A DNA stretch of 64,000 nucleotides, taken from contig CAVTCR010000050.1 of NCBI GenBank assembly GCA_963733195.1, positions 192,001 through 256,000 of the forward strand, written 5' to 3'. Below, in pieces: positions 30,914-41,921 of this stretch (position 1 is the stretch's first letter; each line of letters opens with the position of its first letter). The notes below the pieces were generated by a model, which was not told the origin of the DNA, ran no database searches, and saw only the letters and a list, made by a program, of their open reading frames with translations. This stretch comes from an uncultured delta proteobacterium. GTDB lineage: Bacteria > Desulfobacterota > Binatia > Bin18. The translations under genes were made by a program, and so were the position numbers.

Positions 30914-31859
30914 ATGAAAACCTTTTCGTTGAACTCCCCGTCGCCTTCACCGTGGCCGCACCGCTTCGCGTTGCTCACCACACTGGCGACACTGCCGCTG
31001 TTGTTTATCGGCGGATTAGTCACCAGCACGAATTCTGGACTGGCCGTACCGGATTGGCCGACCACGTTCGGTGAGAATATGTTTCTCTATCCCTGGTCAA
31101 AGATGGTGGGAGGAATTTTCTACGAACACAGTCATCGCCTGTTTGGTTCGCTGGTCGGCTTTTTGACGATCTTCCTGGCGATCTCTCTGTGGGTAACAGA
31201 ACCGCGGCAATGGCTACGCTGGCTTGGGGTTGTTGCGCTTGGCGCGGTCATTGTTCAAGGCATCCTCGGTGGTCTTACGAGTCACCCTGCTTGAACAGAC
31301 GCTTGCGATTGTTCATGCATGCTTTGCTCAGGCGTTCTTCGCACTCGCCGCCAGCCTCGTCCTTTTTACTTCCGCCGAATGGCGCACCCCCATTGTCCCA
31401 CAGGCTGCTCCAGATGCAGGAAGAGTTCAGCGCCTTGGCGTCCTCACCACAGGACTCATTTATGTACAGTTAATTTTCGGCGCTATCCTCCGCCATCGTG
31501 GAGCAGCAGATATGCTCCATATCGCCGGGGCAGTAATCGTTACCGTCCACGTGATATTGCTCGCAGCACGAGTGACACGGAACTACGACAACCTTCCTGT
31601 ACTGGTGAAGACTGCACGTTGCTTACTCAGTCTCCTGGTTGTACAGCTGTTGCTTGGTATTGGCGCCTATCTTGGGAAATTCACCCAGTCTGGAACCGCG
31701 CTAAATCCTTATGTCGTGCCGCTTGCGACGACACATGTGGTTGTAGGTGCACTTATGCTTGTGACCTGTCTTATTTTAACTCTGCGGTCGTATCGTCTGT
31801 TGACGCCTCAGCCTCTGACGCTACAATCTCACACATTATCGAAGCAGGCTTCCCTATGA
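30914..31859 (+). CDS. ctaA: COX15/CtaA family heme A synthase, frameshift near 31275
   Basis: SGLAVPDWP, FYEHSHRL, VHACFAQ, THVVVGAL. Confidence 0.85.
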
Positions 31860-32770
31860 CACCATCGACAGATTCGAATCTCGTTCTGGATGTTTCGGCT
31901 TCTCGCATACGACGACGGGCAGTTGACTACTTCGAGCTGACTAAACCACGGATTGTCGCCATGATCTTGATTACCACTGCCGCAGGGTTTTATCTTGGCG
32001 CACAAGGATCTCCCGACTATTTGGTCCTGCTCCATACGCTGATCGGTACAGCTCTCACTGCCGGTGGCACCCTGGCACTCAATCAATTGATGGAACGAGA
32101 AGCTGATGCCCTGATGGTTCGTACACGTACCCGACCACTCCCAGACGGGAGACTGTTACCAGTTGACGCTTTGGTATTCGGTCTTTTACTCACAGTTTGT
32201 GGGATCGGCTATCTCGTATGGGCGTCGTTATGGCGGAGCGCTTCAGTCACCGCTCTTATCGTCGTTACGTACCTTCTCATGTACACACCACTCAAACAGC
32301 GAACTTCGTTGTGCAGCCTTATAGGGGCAGTTCCTGGAGCACTCCCTCCTGTCATTGGTTGGGCAGCCGTACGCGGGTCACTTGGCATCGAGGCGTGGAT
32401 CTTATTCACAATTATGTTTCTATGGCAGGTCCCACACTCACTGGCCATTGGTTGGCTGTATCGTGACGATTTCGCCAAAGCCAAGTTTTGCTTGCTCCCC
32501 GTCATCGATCCTAATGGAAAAGCTACTGGACGCCAGGTAGTTCTTAATTGCGTTCTCCTTTTTGCGGTCGGTTTTCTTCCAGTACTTATTGGTTTTGCAG
32601 GTATGGGCTACTGCGTTGCCGCCTTTTTTCTCGGCGGCCTTTTTCTCTGGTATGGGGTCAATTTTGCACGCTTACGTTCGCTCGTTGCGGCTCGGCAGCT
32701 TCTCTTTGCGTCGCTAATTTATCTACCCGCAATTCTCACTGCACTCGCATTAGACAAAGTCTGGTCGTGA
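31856..32770 (+). CDS. cyoE: Heme o synthase (protoheme IX farnesyltransferase)
   Basis: ELTKPRI, DALMVRTRTRPLP, YTPLK, GALPPVIGW. Confidence 0.93.
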   Translation: MTPSTDSNLVLDVSASRIRRRAVDYFELTKPRIVAMILITTAAGFYLGAQGSPDYLVLLHTLIGTALTAGGTLALNQLMEREADALMVRTRTRPLPDGRLLPVDALVFGLLLTVCGIGYLVWASLWRSASVTALIVVTYLLMYTPLKQRTSLCSLIGAVPGALPPVIGWAAVRGSLGIEAWILFTIMFLWQVPHSLAIGWLYRDDFAKAKFCLLPVIDPNGKATGRQVVLNCVLLFAVGFLPVLIGFAGMGYCVAAFFLGGLFLWYGVNFARLRSLVAARQLLFASLIYLPAILTALALDKVWS

Positions 32771-32788
32771 ACCGGCAAGGGAAACACA

Positions 32789-33436
32789 ATGCCAAGCCAA
32801 GAATCTTCGTTTGGTAAAGTCATTGAGTTTCCGCTCAAGCAACAACGGGCTCGACTCGACCAAGTCCCCCTGCCCTCATCTGAAGTCTCCTCCATCAGCA
32901 GCGCACGCCTTGCTATGCTCTTATTCATTGGTTCTGAAGCTATGTTGTTTGCCGGGCTACTTGCCGTTTATGCGGCACTGCGTTTTGGTTCCCTCAACTG
33001 GCCCCCTGCACACCTGTATCTTCCGATTAAGGTCACGGGGGTCAACACCACATTTCTTCTGTTCAGTTGCTACACAATGTGGAAAGCCCTCAGAGCAGGT
33101 CGTGCAAACCATCAAGAGAAACTTGTCTTCTTCTTGAATATCACCGGTCTCCTCGGCGTGGTCTTTCTGTGTATTCAAGGCTATGAATGGGTCCAGATTC
33201 TTCGCGAAGGGGTGATGACGAAGGCACGTATCTATGGCTCGACCTTTTATCTACTGATTGGCTGCCATGCCCTTCATGTATTCGGAGCCGTTGTATGGCT
33301 GTGGATCGTTATCCGCTGGGCAAAACAAGGGCAACTGCTAGCCTCGCGTTTTATCAGAGCTGAACTGTGCGGTATGTATTGGTACTTTGTCGGCGCAGTG
33401 TGGGCAGTTTTATTTCCGCTCGTATATCTCAGTTGA
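32789..33436 (+). CDS. Heme-copper oxidase subunit III
   Basis: FIGSEAMLFAG, GCHALHVFG, MYWYFV. Confidence 0.88.
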   Translation: MPSQESSFGKVIEFPLKQQRARLDQVPLPSSEVSSISSARLAMLLFIGSEAMLFAGLLAVYAALRFGSLNWPPAHLYLPIKVTGVNTTFLLFSCYTMWKALRAGRANHQEKLVFFLNITGLLGVVFLCIQGYEWVQILREGVMTKARIYGSTFYLLIGCHALHVFGAVVWLWIVIRWAKQGQLLASRFIRAELCGMYWYFVGAVWAVLFPLVYLS

Positions 33437-33451
33437 TGCTGAGGAAATATC

Positions 33452-33775
33452 GTGGCCGGTCGTTTTTCATACTGCTTATGCCTCTTCACGCGACCGATTC
33501 CCTTGCTCTCGTTCCTCGTTCTTTTTGCTTCATATCTCGGCGTACCAGAGAGTATTGCCCAAGGATGTGCCATGTGTCAGACCGTCATGCCACATGGCAG
33601 TGACCCCATGGCCCGAGGGCTGTTCTGGGGAGTATTCATTCTGCTGGTTGCACCGTTTTTGGTGGTTGGTGCGATCGGGGCATGGCTTTATTATCACTCC
33701 AGTATCACCCGTCGTACTTCAACGCCTGCACCGATGGTATTGCTCTCAGAACGAGGCTACACCCAGGACCAGTAG
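33452..33775 (+). CDS. Small membrane protein with CAMC motif
   Basis: AQGCAMC followed by a TM helix, inside the oxidase operon. Confidence 0.6.
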   Translation: MAGRFSYCLCLFTRPIPLLSFLVLFASYLGVPESIAQGCAMCQTVMPHGSDPMARGLFWGVFILLVAPFLVVGAIGAWLYYHSSITRRTSTPAPMVLLSERGYTQDQ

Positions 33776-33795
33776 TGACAGACTCTTCATTCACT

Positions 33796-34401
33796 ATGCA
33801 GTCCACTGCTTCCTCGATGGAAGTCGAAGGGAGTTGTCCTCACATACATCCAGGCAAACTTGGTATGTGGGCGTTCCTGATCAGCGACGCTGTCACTTTT
33901 ACCACGCTCCTCGTCAGTAGCAGCCTTCTCCGCATATGGAGTCATGATTGGCCGGTTCCGGCAGAGGTTCTTAACCTCCCAGTCGCAGGATTCATGACCA
34001 GCCTCTTACTTGCCAGCAGTATCGCAATGGCCCTTTCACTCGCAGCCCTCAAGCAAGGAAATCAACTACGTTTCAAAATCGCCCTACTACTCACCATTCT
34101 TGGTGGTTTTTCGTTTCTTCTCTTACAAGCCTGGGAATGGTCACACCTCATCCATCAAAGACTCACCCTTTCGCACAACCCGTGGGGCGCACGGTTGTTT
34201 GGTGCTTCCTTCTACGTTCTGACCGGTTTTCACGGCTGTCATGTTATCGCTGGAATCGTGTACTTGATCATTATCCTTCTACGAGGGTGGCAGGGTCGGT
34301 ATCATCCTGAAAATACCAGTCCAGTCGCCATTGCTGGATTGTACTGGTACTTCGTTGACGTGGCTTGGCTCTTTATCCTTTTTGTTGTCTATTTGCTGTA
34401 A
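33796..34401 (+). CDS. Heme-copper oxidase subunit III, second paralog
   Basis: GKLGMWAFLISDA, TGFHGCHV, GLYWYFVD. Confidence 0.88.
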   Translation: MQSTASSMEVEGSCPHIHPGKLGMWAFLISDAVTFTTLLVSSSLLRIWSHDWPVPAEVLNLPVAGFMTSLLLASSIAMALSLAALKQGNQLRFKIALLLTILGGFSFLLLQAWEWSHLIHQRLTLSHNPWGARLFGASFYVLTGFHGCHVIAGIVYLIIILLRGWQGRYHPENTSPVAIAGLYWYFVDVAWLFILFVVYLL

Positions 34402-34433
34402 CGCGATTTATCACTGTTTGTCATACGTTTTCT

Positions 34434-34868
34434 ATGCTGGAACTGTCGCAACTCCCTACCTTTAACGCTAGCCTGAACGCGACGAGTGCACTATTACTCC
34501 TAACAGGTTATTACTTCATCCGTCAGCAGAATATATCAGCCCACCGCCTCTGTATGACGTCGGCCTTTGTGGTTTCAATCCTGTTTCTCTGCTCCTATCT
34601 GTATTATCATGCGCATGCTGGTAGCACGCGCTTCATGGGTGTCGGTTGGATTCGGCCAGTCTACTTCACCATTCTGCTGTCGCACACCATCCTCGCCGCT
34701 ATCGTTCCGATACTGGCCATAGTCACTTTGTATCGTGCGTTGAGACAAGAATTGGACAAACACCGCCGCATCGCACGGTGGACGTTACCGATCTGGTTGT
34801 ACGTTTCACTCACCGGAGTGGTGATTTATTGGCTCCTCTACCATGGCTATGGACCACAACGTGGATAA
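34434..34868 (+). CDS. DUF420 family membrane protein
   Basis: LPTFNASLN, YFTILLSHTILA, PIWLYVSLTGV. Confidence 0.88.
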   Translation: MLELSQLPTFNASLNATSALLLLTGYYFIRQQNISAHRLCMTSAFVVSILFLCSYLYYHAHAGSTRFMGVGWIRPVYFTILLSHTILAAIVPILAIVTLYRALRQELDKHRRIARWTLPIWLYVSLTGVVIYWLLYHGYGPQRG

Positions 34869-34900
34869 AGGAATGGAGAAATTGTGATTTGAACGGATGG

Positions 34901-35188
34901 TTATATTTCCGAACCGATAAGAAACAAGAAAAGCGTGTAGGCAGGAACGAGCGCGGTGATAAAAGCCCCCGGGAAAAGAAAATAGGTCAAGGCCTCTTCT
35001 CGGCGTTCCAGCACCATCCTCTGCGCATGTTTGGCAAAATAGAAACTCGCACTAATAAGATATAGAGAAATCAGCCAGGGGACTCTCAACCCCAAGCTTT
35101 GCCTTTCGACCAGGTCAGCTAAAAGTAAAAAGACACCAAGACACATCAAGATACGCAGTTGCAACAGGGTCCGTTTTTCTGCATTCAT
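34901..35188 (-). CDS. Hypothetical membrane protein
   Basis: Three hydrophobic segments. Confidence 0.45.
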   Translation of the reverse strand: MNAEKRTLLQLRILMCLGVFLLLADLVERQSLGLRVPWLISLYLISASFYFAKHAQRMVLERREEALTYFLFPGAFITALVPAYTLFLFLIGSEI

Positions 35189-35334
35189 TTTCTACTCTCT
35201 GCACGACTAGCTCAATCGTAGGTGTGAAGGTCGGCTTGCCGTATGCAGGAGGTTTTCCTCCACAACAGTCAGTCGCCTCCCTCGTCATTCCTATCGGCAA
35301 CCTTTCTGGTTGCCTTTAGGGAAGGAGGAGAAGG

Positions 35335-36117
35335 TTATTGGAAATGTCGCCGGGCGGTATAGGTAGCGAGAAGAAAGGACCCAAGCGCAAACAACACAGT
35401 AATGAACAGGGACGGAAGCAACTGCGGGATCGGACCGACCGTTGTAGGCGTAGTGAAGTATAAGCACCGCCGCAGCGCAGCCATTCCGTAGGTCAAGGGA
35501 TTCAATTGCATGATCCACGTAAACCACGTAGGCAGTCCTGCCGTTGGAAAGAATGCTCCTGAAAGGAACCAGATCGGCATAAGAATCAGGTTCATCACCG
35601 CATGGAATCCTTGTACGGATTCCATGCGCCATGCGATGATCAGCCCGATATTACTCAACGCTAAAGCGACGAGAAACATCACACCAATGGCAAACAATGC
35701 AGAAGTAAGACTGAGAGGAATCCCAGCCACTGGGGCAAGGAGCAACAATAGCGTCCCTTGCAATACTGCCAAGGTGGTACTACCAAGCGCTTGTCCGAGG
35801 ATCACGCTCATACGCGAAACTGGCGCGACGAGAACACCTTGAAGAAAGCCCATCTTGCGATCCTCAATAACAGCAATGGTCGCAAAGATGGCAGTAAATA
35901 GCAGAGCTAGAAGAATAATTCCCGGATAAAAGTACTCAAGGTATCCACTTCCTTCAGGCGCTCCTGGGGGTCGAAAGGATGCACTAAACCCTCCGCCCAA
36001 TAACAACCAAAATGTTAAAGGTTGGGCAAACGCCCCAATCACGCGGCTTCGTTGTCGCATGAAGCGGACAATTTCTCTGTGCCAGAGCGCACACACTGGT
36101 AACCAAAAATTTCTCAT
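35335..36117 (-). CDS. ABC-2 type transporter permease
   Basis: YLEYFYPG, FLSGAFFP, LNPLTYG. Confidence 0.9.
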   Translation of the reverse strand: MRNFWLPVCALWHREIVRFMRQRSRVIGAFAQPLTFWLLLGGGFSASFRPPGAPEGSGYLEYFYPGIILLALLFTAIFATIAVIEDRKMGFLQGVLVAPVSRMSVILGQALGSTTLAVLQGTLLLLLAPVAGIPLSLTSALFAIGVMFLVALALSNIGLIIAWRMESVQGFHAVMNLILMPIWFLSGAFFPTAGLPTWFTWIMQLNPLTYGMAALRRCLYFTTPTTVGPIPQLLPSLFITVLFALGSFLLATYTARRHFQ

Positions 36118-37106
36118 GCCGCTTGCTCCGTATTCTGTTCCTCGTCCCAGAATCGATGACCGGTTTGGTGAATGAACACATCTTCGAGTGTTGGTTTACC
36201 AAAGGTGACCGACTGGACTTCTCCAGGAAAGGCTTCAACGACCTCACGAACAAATTCGTGCCCTTGTGATCGCTCAACCCGCAGAGTTCCATCAACCAGC
36301 ATCGGCTCACAGGCAAAACGTTGCATCAGCTTCTCTCGCAGAGCGGAAACATTCTGCGTACGAATCGCGACAACGTCGCCACCAACCTGCGCTTTCAGTT
36401 TGTCCGGGGTATCAAGTGCGACGAGTTTCCCTTGATGAAGTATACCAACACGATCACAGCGCTCTGCCTCTTCCATAATATGGGTCGTCAGTACAATTGT
36501 CGTTCCTCCTTGATCTCGCAGGAGGTGAAGGTAGTCGTTGAAGTCCCGACGAGCACCGGGGTCGAGTCCTGTGCTCGGTTCGTCCAACAGGAGTAAGGTT
36601 GGCTGATGTAACAATCCTTTGGCTAATTCCACACGTCGCTGCAAACCACCAGAGAGCGTTACCACCATATCTTGGGTTCGGTCGTTTAAACCCAACCGTT
36701 GAAGGACAACGTCCATCCGATCCCGTAGAGTTTTTCCGCTCATTCCGTATAAATGGCCGTGGCATCTGAGATTTTCAGCTACGGTCAGTTTGGGATCAAG
36801 GCTAGGATACTGGAAAACTACGCCAATACGCGCACGCACTCCTTGAGGATCATGCAGGATATCTTCGTCAAACAAACGGACGGTGCCACTCGTTGCTGGA
36901 ATTAGTGTCGAGAGAATCTTAAAGAGGGTCGATTTTCCTCCACCATTGGGTCCAAGGAGCGCGAAAATCTCGCCGGAAGGGATGGAAAAGGAAACATCAT
37001 CTAGGGCAACTCGCGTACCGTATACATGGCGAAGGTGAGAAATAGCTACAACGGCAACAGAATTCACAAGCGCGGACTCCTCCTGAGCAACGTAAAGATT
37101 CCCCAC
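36114..37106 (-). CDS. ABC transporter ATP-binding protein (DrrA-like)
   Basis: GPNGGGKST, LSGG, LLLDEP. Confidence 0.92.
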   Translation of the reverse strand: MGNLYVAQEESALVNSVAVVAISHLRHVYGTRVALDDVSFSIPSGEIFALLGPNGGGKSTLFKILSTLIPATSGTVRLFDEDILHDPQGVRARIGVVFQYPSLDPKLTVAENLRCHGHLYGMSGKTLRDRMDVVLQRLGLNDRTQDMVVTLSGGLQRRVELAKGLLHQPTLLLLDEPSTGLDPGARRDFNDYLHLLRDQGGTTIVLTTHIMEEAERCDRVGILHQGKLVALDTPDKLKAQVGGDVVAIRTQNVSALREKLMQRFACEPMLVDGTLRVERSQGHEFVREVVEAFPGEVQSVTFGKPTLEDVFIHQTGHRFWDEEQNTEQAA

Positions 37107-37257
37107 CCGATGTACTTAGTGGGATGAGTTTCTGGGGGGTGTATCTTGCCACAGGAAATCAAACTTCGGTAGGCCATGAACCTCCGCGTTTTCTCTCCTT
37201 CACGGTCAGCTCGTTGCTCGCAGTTCAGCGATGTGATAGGCGAAACATGTTTCCTGT

Positions 37258-37329
37258 GCCCTCGTGGTGAAATGGATATCATACAGGTCTCCGGAACCTG
37301 GGGTCTGGGTTCAATTCCCGGCGAGGGCA
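37258..37329 (+). tRNA. tRNA-Arg(CCG)
   Basis: GCCCTCG..CAGGT CTCCGGA ACCTG..GGTTCAATTCC..CGAGGGCA cloverleaf. Confidence 0.9.
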
Positions 37330-37556
37330 TGCTTCTTTTCTACCTTAGGTTCTTCTGAGAGAAGCCCTTTGCAGTTCTTTCGCTATCACTGGCCCCTCTC
37401 GTCCGCAGATCTCGTTACACCTCTGTACCTATCTCCACCCGATTTGGGCTCTGCAAATTCGCCGAATTTGCTTTTGAGAAGTCAAGTTGCTACCTTTTCT
37501 AAAAAGGGAAATGTGTTGGACCCCTTCCTCCCTTACCCTGCCCAAGAGAACAGTTC

Positions 37557-37961
37557 ATGATTAGGAAGAAGATCTTAATTGTTGAGGACAACGAAGATAA
37601 TCGTAATATTCTTATCTATAGGCTCCGGAAAGTCGGTGACTTTGACATCAAAGAAGCACAGAACGGACAAGAAGCTCTCGCCCTTATAACGCAAGACCCT
37701 CCCGACTTGCTGTTCCTCGATCTAAAGCTACCAATTCTTGACGGCTGGGAAACTGCACGCCGTATTCGCGCGATGCAAGGCTCAATCAAGAACCTCCCTA
37801 TCATTGCATTGACTGCCCAAGCGATGGTTGGCGATGAGGAAAAAGCGATTGCCGCTGGATGTGACGATTATATCGCCAAACCAATCATTGACTCAGGCAT
37901 CGTCAGAGAGAAGATTCTTCACTTCTTACCGCAGCACGCTGCCCAAGCAAACAACCTTTGA
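37557..37961 (+). CDS. Single-domain response regulator (DivK-like)
   Basis: ILIVEDNEDN, LFLDLKLPILDG, IIALTA, YIAKP. Confidence 0.9.
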   Translation: MIRKKILIVEDNEDNRNILIYRLRKVGDFDIKEAQNGQEALALITQDPPDLLFLDLKLPILDGWETARRIRAMQGSIKNLPIIALTAQAMVGDEEKAIAAGCDDYIAKPIIDSGIVREKILHFLPQHAAQANNL

Positions 37962-37984
37962 TTCATATTGAGGGGGTAAGGGGT

Positions 37985-38015
37985 GTAGCCGGAGAACAGA
38001 AAGTTCTCCGGCTAC
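37985..38015. terminator. 13-bp stem hairpin between convergent genes
   Basis: GTAGCCGGAGAAC-AGAAA-GTTCTCCGGCTAC. Confidence 0.55.
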
Positions 38016-38173
38016 GGGCAAGGAAGGGAGGAGACAAGGAGAGAAGACAGGGGGCATAGCAGGGAGAAGGAATCGCTGTCTTTCTCTCCTATTGTTAAGT
38101 TTGACGGCCTAGGTCGAAAGAAATTCACCTATTATTTCTTCAAGCCACAAAAAATTTTTTCGCACCATACAAC

Positions 38174-39193
38174 CTACGATTTCTCTTGCTTCACTAGCTT
38201 TCTCAGACTCACCGTAAACGCCTCGCAGTACCCGTTTTCTCGGGGATAGACCGTTTGCTGCAATTCGCTATGAAGCAACGGTAGGTTATAAAATGGGACA
38301 GAGGGATAGAGGTGGTGCTCCAGGTGATAATTCACCTGTTTTGGTGCGAAGAAAAAACTCAGTACAGGAGGAATGAGGTATGTTCGAGTCTGTTGATAGA
38401 GATTCTGAGGGTCCGGTACATTACCATGCTCTATTGCACCACGGATACGGAAGAATACTTGCGTGAATGTGCAATACGGAACGAGCCAATAAAGTCCGAA
38501 CCACTCGACCGCCTTGCTTCCCCAGAACCATAGTCCACCGAAAAGCACGACACTCCAGAAAAGCGCAAACACGGACATGTCGGCAATGTGACGATATTGT
38601 TCATCGCGCGCCTCTCCCAGAAAGCGACGATTGAAGTCCTTCATTCCGAATGGAAGATCGATAAAGTACTTCAACGTCGACAGAACATTCAGACCACAAA
38701 GATCACGAAGAAGTAAGCGGAGAAACTTTTTGCTCCCTACCGGATAGCGAGCGAAAATCGCACGGTCTGGATCATCTACCGTATGCGTATGCTGATGGTG
38801 GTAGAGGTGGATAAATCGCCATTTTGCCAACGAAATAAACACCGGAAAGCCAGCTAAGAAACGCGCGAGCCAGTCATTGAACCACAACCGACGCGATAGC
38901 CGCTTATGTATGCCCTCGTGGGTAATGACCATCAAGGCATGCTGTCGTGAGGCAATCACCCCAACAGAAAGAAGGTAGACAAGAACCCCTACAGTGCCCG
39001 ATGACAATGGAACTAGCACCACGCTGCTATAGACAGCGAGCGTAATGACACCCCAAATCTCGAGGAGATGATAAACCGAAAGCCCCGAGTTTATCCGAGA
39101 CAAGACTTTTATCGTCTGCTGTAGTTCTTCTGGTGAATCTAGAGCAACCGCTGCTGCGTTCACTTTCTGCACAATTTCAGATGTACACCACAT
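38174..39193 (-). CDS. Fatty acid desaturase family protein
   Basis: His boxes HEGIH, HLYHH, YHLEHH. Confidence 0.9.
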   Translation of the reverse strand: MWCTSEIVQKVNAAAVALDSPEELQQTIKVLSRINSGLSVYHLLEIWGVITLAVYSSVVLVPLSSGTVGVLVYLLSVGVIASRQHALMVITHEGIHKRLSRRLWFNDWLARFLAGFPVFISLAKWRFIHLYHHQHTHTVDDPDRAIFARYPVGSKKFLRLLLRDLCGLNVLSTLKYFIDLPFGMKDFNRRFLGEARDEQYRHIADMSVFALFWSVVLFGGLWFWGSKAVEWFGLYWLVPYCTFTQVFFRIRGAIEHGNVPDPQNLYQQTRTYLIPPVLSFFFAPKQVNYHLEHHLYPSVPFYNLPLLHSELQQTVYPRENGYCEAFTVSLRKLVKQEKS

Positions 39194-39276
39194 GCCGTTT
39201 CCCTGGCAATCCCAGCGCAGGCCTGATAAAGGAGCTATCACGCAATCTCACAAAACTCTTGATCAGAGGAGGGAAC

Positions 39277-40083
39277 ATGCCATACGCCCAGATCAACGGA
39301 ATCCGCCTGCATTACGAAGTCGAAGGCCACGGACCACCACTTCTATTCGTCGCTGGCTTAGGCCAACCTGCTATCGCTTGGGACCCAGAGCTTATTCGGA
39401 CACTCGCGCGATCCTATCAAGTTATTACTTACGACAACCGCGGCACGGGTCTTTCCGATAAACCCGATGAGCCGTACTCAATTTCGCTCTTTGCCAGTGA
39501 TGCAGTAGGGCTCCTTGATGAACTTTCCACCACCCGAGCACATATTTTTGGTGTTTCCATGGGTGGCATGATTGCCCAAGAACTCGGCGTACATCATCCA
39601 CAGCGAGTCGCAAGCCTGACTCTGGGGTGCACGACAGCAGGAGGAAGAAATGCCGTACCAGCGCCACCCGAATCCATGAAAATGCTTGCGGGACGAGCAG
39701 GGATGACACCAGAAGAAGCAGGACGCGAAGGATGGAAATTGTCTTTCTCTGATGAATTCATTCTCAACCATCGCGCTCAGCTTGAAATCCATTTACAACG
39801 CACCCTCGCTCAAGTCACTCCACGTTTTGCGTACGAGCGTCATTTCCAAGCAACCATGACGTTGCGCGTCTTTAAGCACCTCAAAAACATTACCGCACCG
39901 ACACTGGTCGTCACTGGCCGCGATGATATCTTAATTCCAGCCGCGAATTCCGAAATTCTGGCGCGGGAGATTCCTGGAGCTGAGTTAACAATGCTCGATA
40001 ATGCTGGGCATGGCTTCTTTATCTCTGCTCGCGAGCAATTTACCACCGCCCTTCAGGACTTTCTCTCCCGCCACCCCCTGTAA
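39277..40083 (+). CDS. Alpha/beta hydrolase
   Basis: YDNRGTGLS, GVSMGG, AGHG. Confidence 0.9.
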   Translation: MPYAQINGIRLHYEVEGHGPPLLFVAGLGQPAIAWDPELIRTLARSYQVITYDNRGTGLSDKPDEPYSISLFASDAVGLLDELSTTRAHIFGVSMGGMIAQELGVHHPQRVASLTLGCTTAGGRNAVPAPPESMKMLAGRAGMTPEEAGREGWKLSFSDEFILNHRAQLEIHLQRTLAQVTPRFAYERHFQATMTLRVFKHLKNITAPTLVVTGRDDILIPAANSEILAREIPGAELTMLDNAGHGFFISAREQFTTALQDFLSRHPL

Positions 40084-40178
40084 AACAGAAGGAAACTGCG
40101 GCTGTTAAAAATTTGCCCTCGCGGCAATTAAGGAACAGCAGAGTACGTACCGATACATGAAGCAGAGAGCACAAAGAA

Positions 40179-40655
40179 ATGGTTGGACGATTTCTGCTTC
40201 ATGTTTGTACATACGCAAGCCTCGCCGTAGCACTGACGGCGTGCGATCCGTGTGACAACCGCATCTTACAAGAACTTCCTGATCCCACAGGAACAACCAA
40301 AGCCGTGATTTTTCAGCGGAGTTGTGGACCTTTTGGTGGAACCAGCACCCAGATTTCCGTTCTTCCTATGTCTACTCAACGGCTCATTGCTGGTGGGAAT
40401 ACATTTAGCGCTGACACAGCCGACGGCTCAGCCCCCGCATTACCAAGCGGCGGCCCTCCAGTCGTTGTAACCTGGGCAAATCCTCAGGAACTCTACGTCA
40501 CCTACGATTCTCGCGTCCGCGTGTTCCAAGCAGAAAAACAAATCAACAATATCTCTATTTCCTACGAAGGACGATCAGCCGCAGAGAAGACGCCTCGAAA
40601 CACACCCCCAGCTCCCCTCAAACCGCGGAAAACCGGTAGTGTAAACCCACGATAA
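40179..40655 (+). CDS. Hypothetical lipoprotein
   Basis: Lipobox LTAC; AVIFQRSCG. Confidence 0.6.
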   Translation: MVGRFLLHVCTYASLAVALTACDPCDNRILQELPDPTGTTKAVIFQRSCGPFGGTSTQISVLPMSTQRLIAGGNTFSADTADGSAPALPSGGPPVVVTWANPQELYVTYDSRVRVFQAEKQINNISISYEGRSAAEKTPRNTPPAPLKPRKTGSVNPR

Positions 40656-40751
40656 CCATCCAGATTCTCACGCCTGCACTTTCAGACAATGTGATCAGCT
40701 AGAGGGGAACTTTTCTTACCAAACAAGTCTTTGCACGTTGAGTGTTCGGCC

Positions 40752-41905
40752 TCATTGCTCCTTCGCCGCCCGATACCAAATCCGCCCGTCTTTCAGTGTG
40801 AGCTGGGTCACGAGTTTCTGCTCACCGCTCATGTGATTCTGATCAGTATCAACAAAATCAAACTGGCCGCGCTCAAGACTAAACACCGCGACATCAGCTA
40901 TTGCTCCTGGTTTCAGCGTTCCAAGTTGTCCAGTCTCACCAATCGCGCGTGCCGGATTGGTCGTCACACATCGGATGACTTCATCCAGCGTAACACCGAG
41001 ATTCAGGAACTTTGACATCGTCGTCGGTAAATCAAAGACCGGGCCGCGCGTTGCGCTCGGGATGGACAGGTCTGTGGCAATCGTGTCAGGCATAAACCCT
41101 TGATCAAGTGCCATCCGTACGAAGGGAAAAGTGAAATGCATACGGCCATGTGCGCAGTCGAAGATTACCCCCGCCTTTTGCGCATCCCGCACTTCCCGCA
41201 GAATCTCTTTTTTCTCTGGCCCCATGATGCCGTATTGATAACGATGTAAACAATGAGTGACAACATCTCCCGGTTTCATGAATTCCAGGATCTTTGGCAC
41301 CGGCAGCAGCGCGTCAGTAATATGGACCATCAGTGGAACGTCAGCCATATCTGCGGCCTGCCGGGCAAGTCGTAGGGGTTCCGTCCCAGCAGAGTCAGGA
41401 ACGACATTATTGCTAAAACGAAGCTTCACACCAATCGCCAAATCACGATTCTCACGAATTGTACGTGCACAACCTTCGGGATCGGCATAATCCATGTTCA
41501 TCAGTTCACCAACTTGCAAATGGATAAGCCCGAGTGCTGACAAATGCACGAAGCAGCGTAATCGCACCTGGCTGCGTTCAGCGACATAATGTCGGAGTCC
41601 AGGAAAAGTTGCCGACCCCGCAGCTGCCGGCATCGATCGATAGTAGTCACTCCACTTGCAGAACAGCGCTGATCAGTCTGTGGGCCCATGTCGTGCGCAT
41701 TGATGAATGTATGCGCATGAATGTCGATGAGTCCCGGACAAACGATTTTGCCAGTGACGTCAATCGTGCGGATCGCCTCAGTCGCAGGAATGTTCGGCGC
41801 CACCGCAGCAATTTTGCCTTTAGAGATCGCCACATCGGCCCGCTGATGCAACGGCCATCCCGGATCGATGACCTCGCCTCCCTTCAACACAAGATCGTAT
41901 GACAT
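40752..41905 (-). CDS. Amidohydrolase/deacetylase (dihydroorotase-like), frameshift near 41635
   Basis: PGLIDIHAH, AAGSATF, LMVHI, DTIATD, TTNPA. Confidence 0.85.
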
Positions 41906-41921
41906 GGCAGTTCCCCTCCTT

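Noticed and set aside
31319-31855. Long N-terminal extension of heme o synthase
   Set aside because: It is an alternative frame over ctaA; the real start is the ATG at 31856, overlapping the ctaA stop.
35115-35300. Small Cys-containing ORF (TDCCGGKPP) as a peptide precursor
   Set aside because: It overlaps the next gene, has no modifying enzymes nearby, and spans a probable terminator hairpin region.
37258-37329. tRNA-Arg as an integration site
   Set aside because: No duplicated fragment or nearby integrase noticed in the window.
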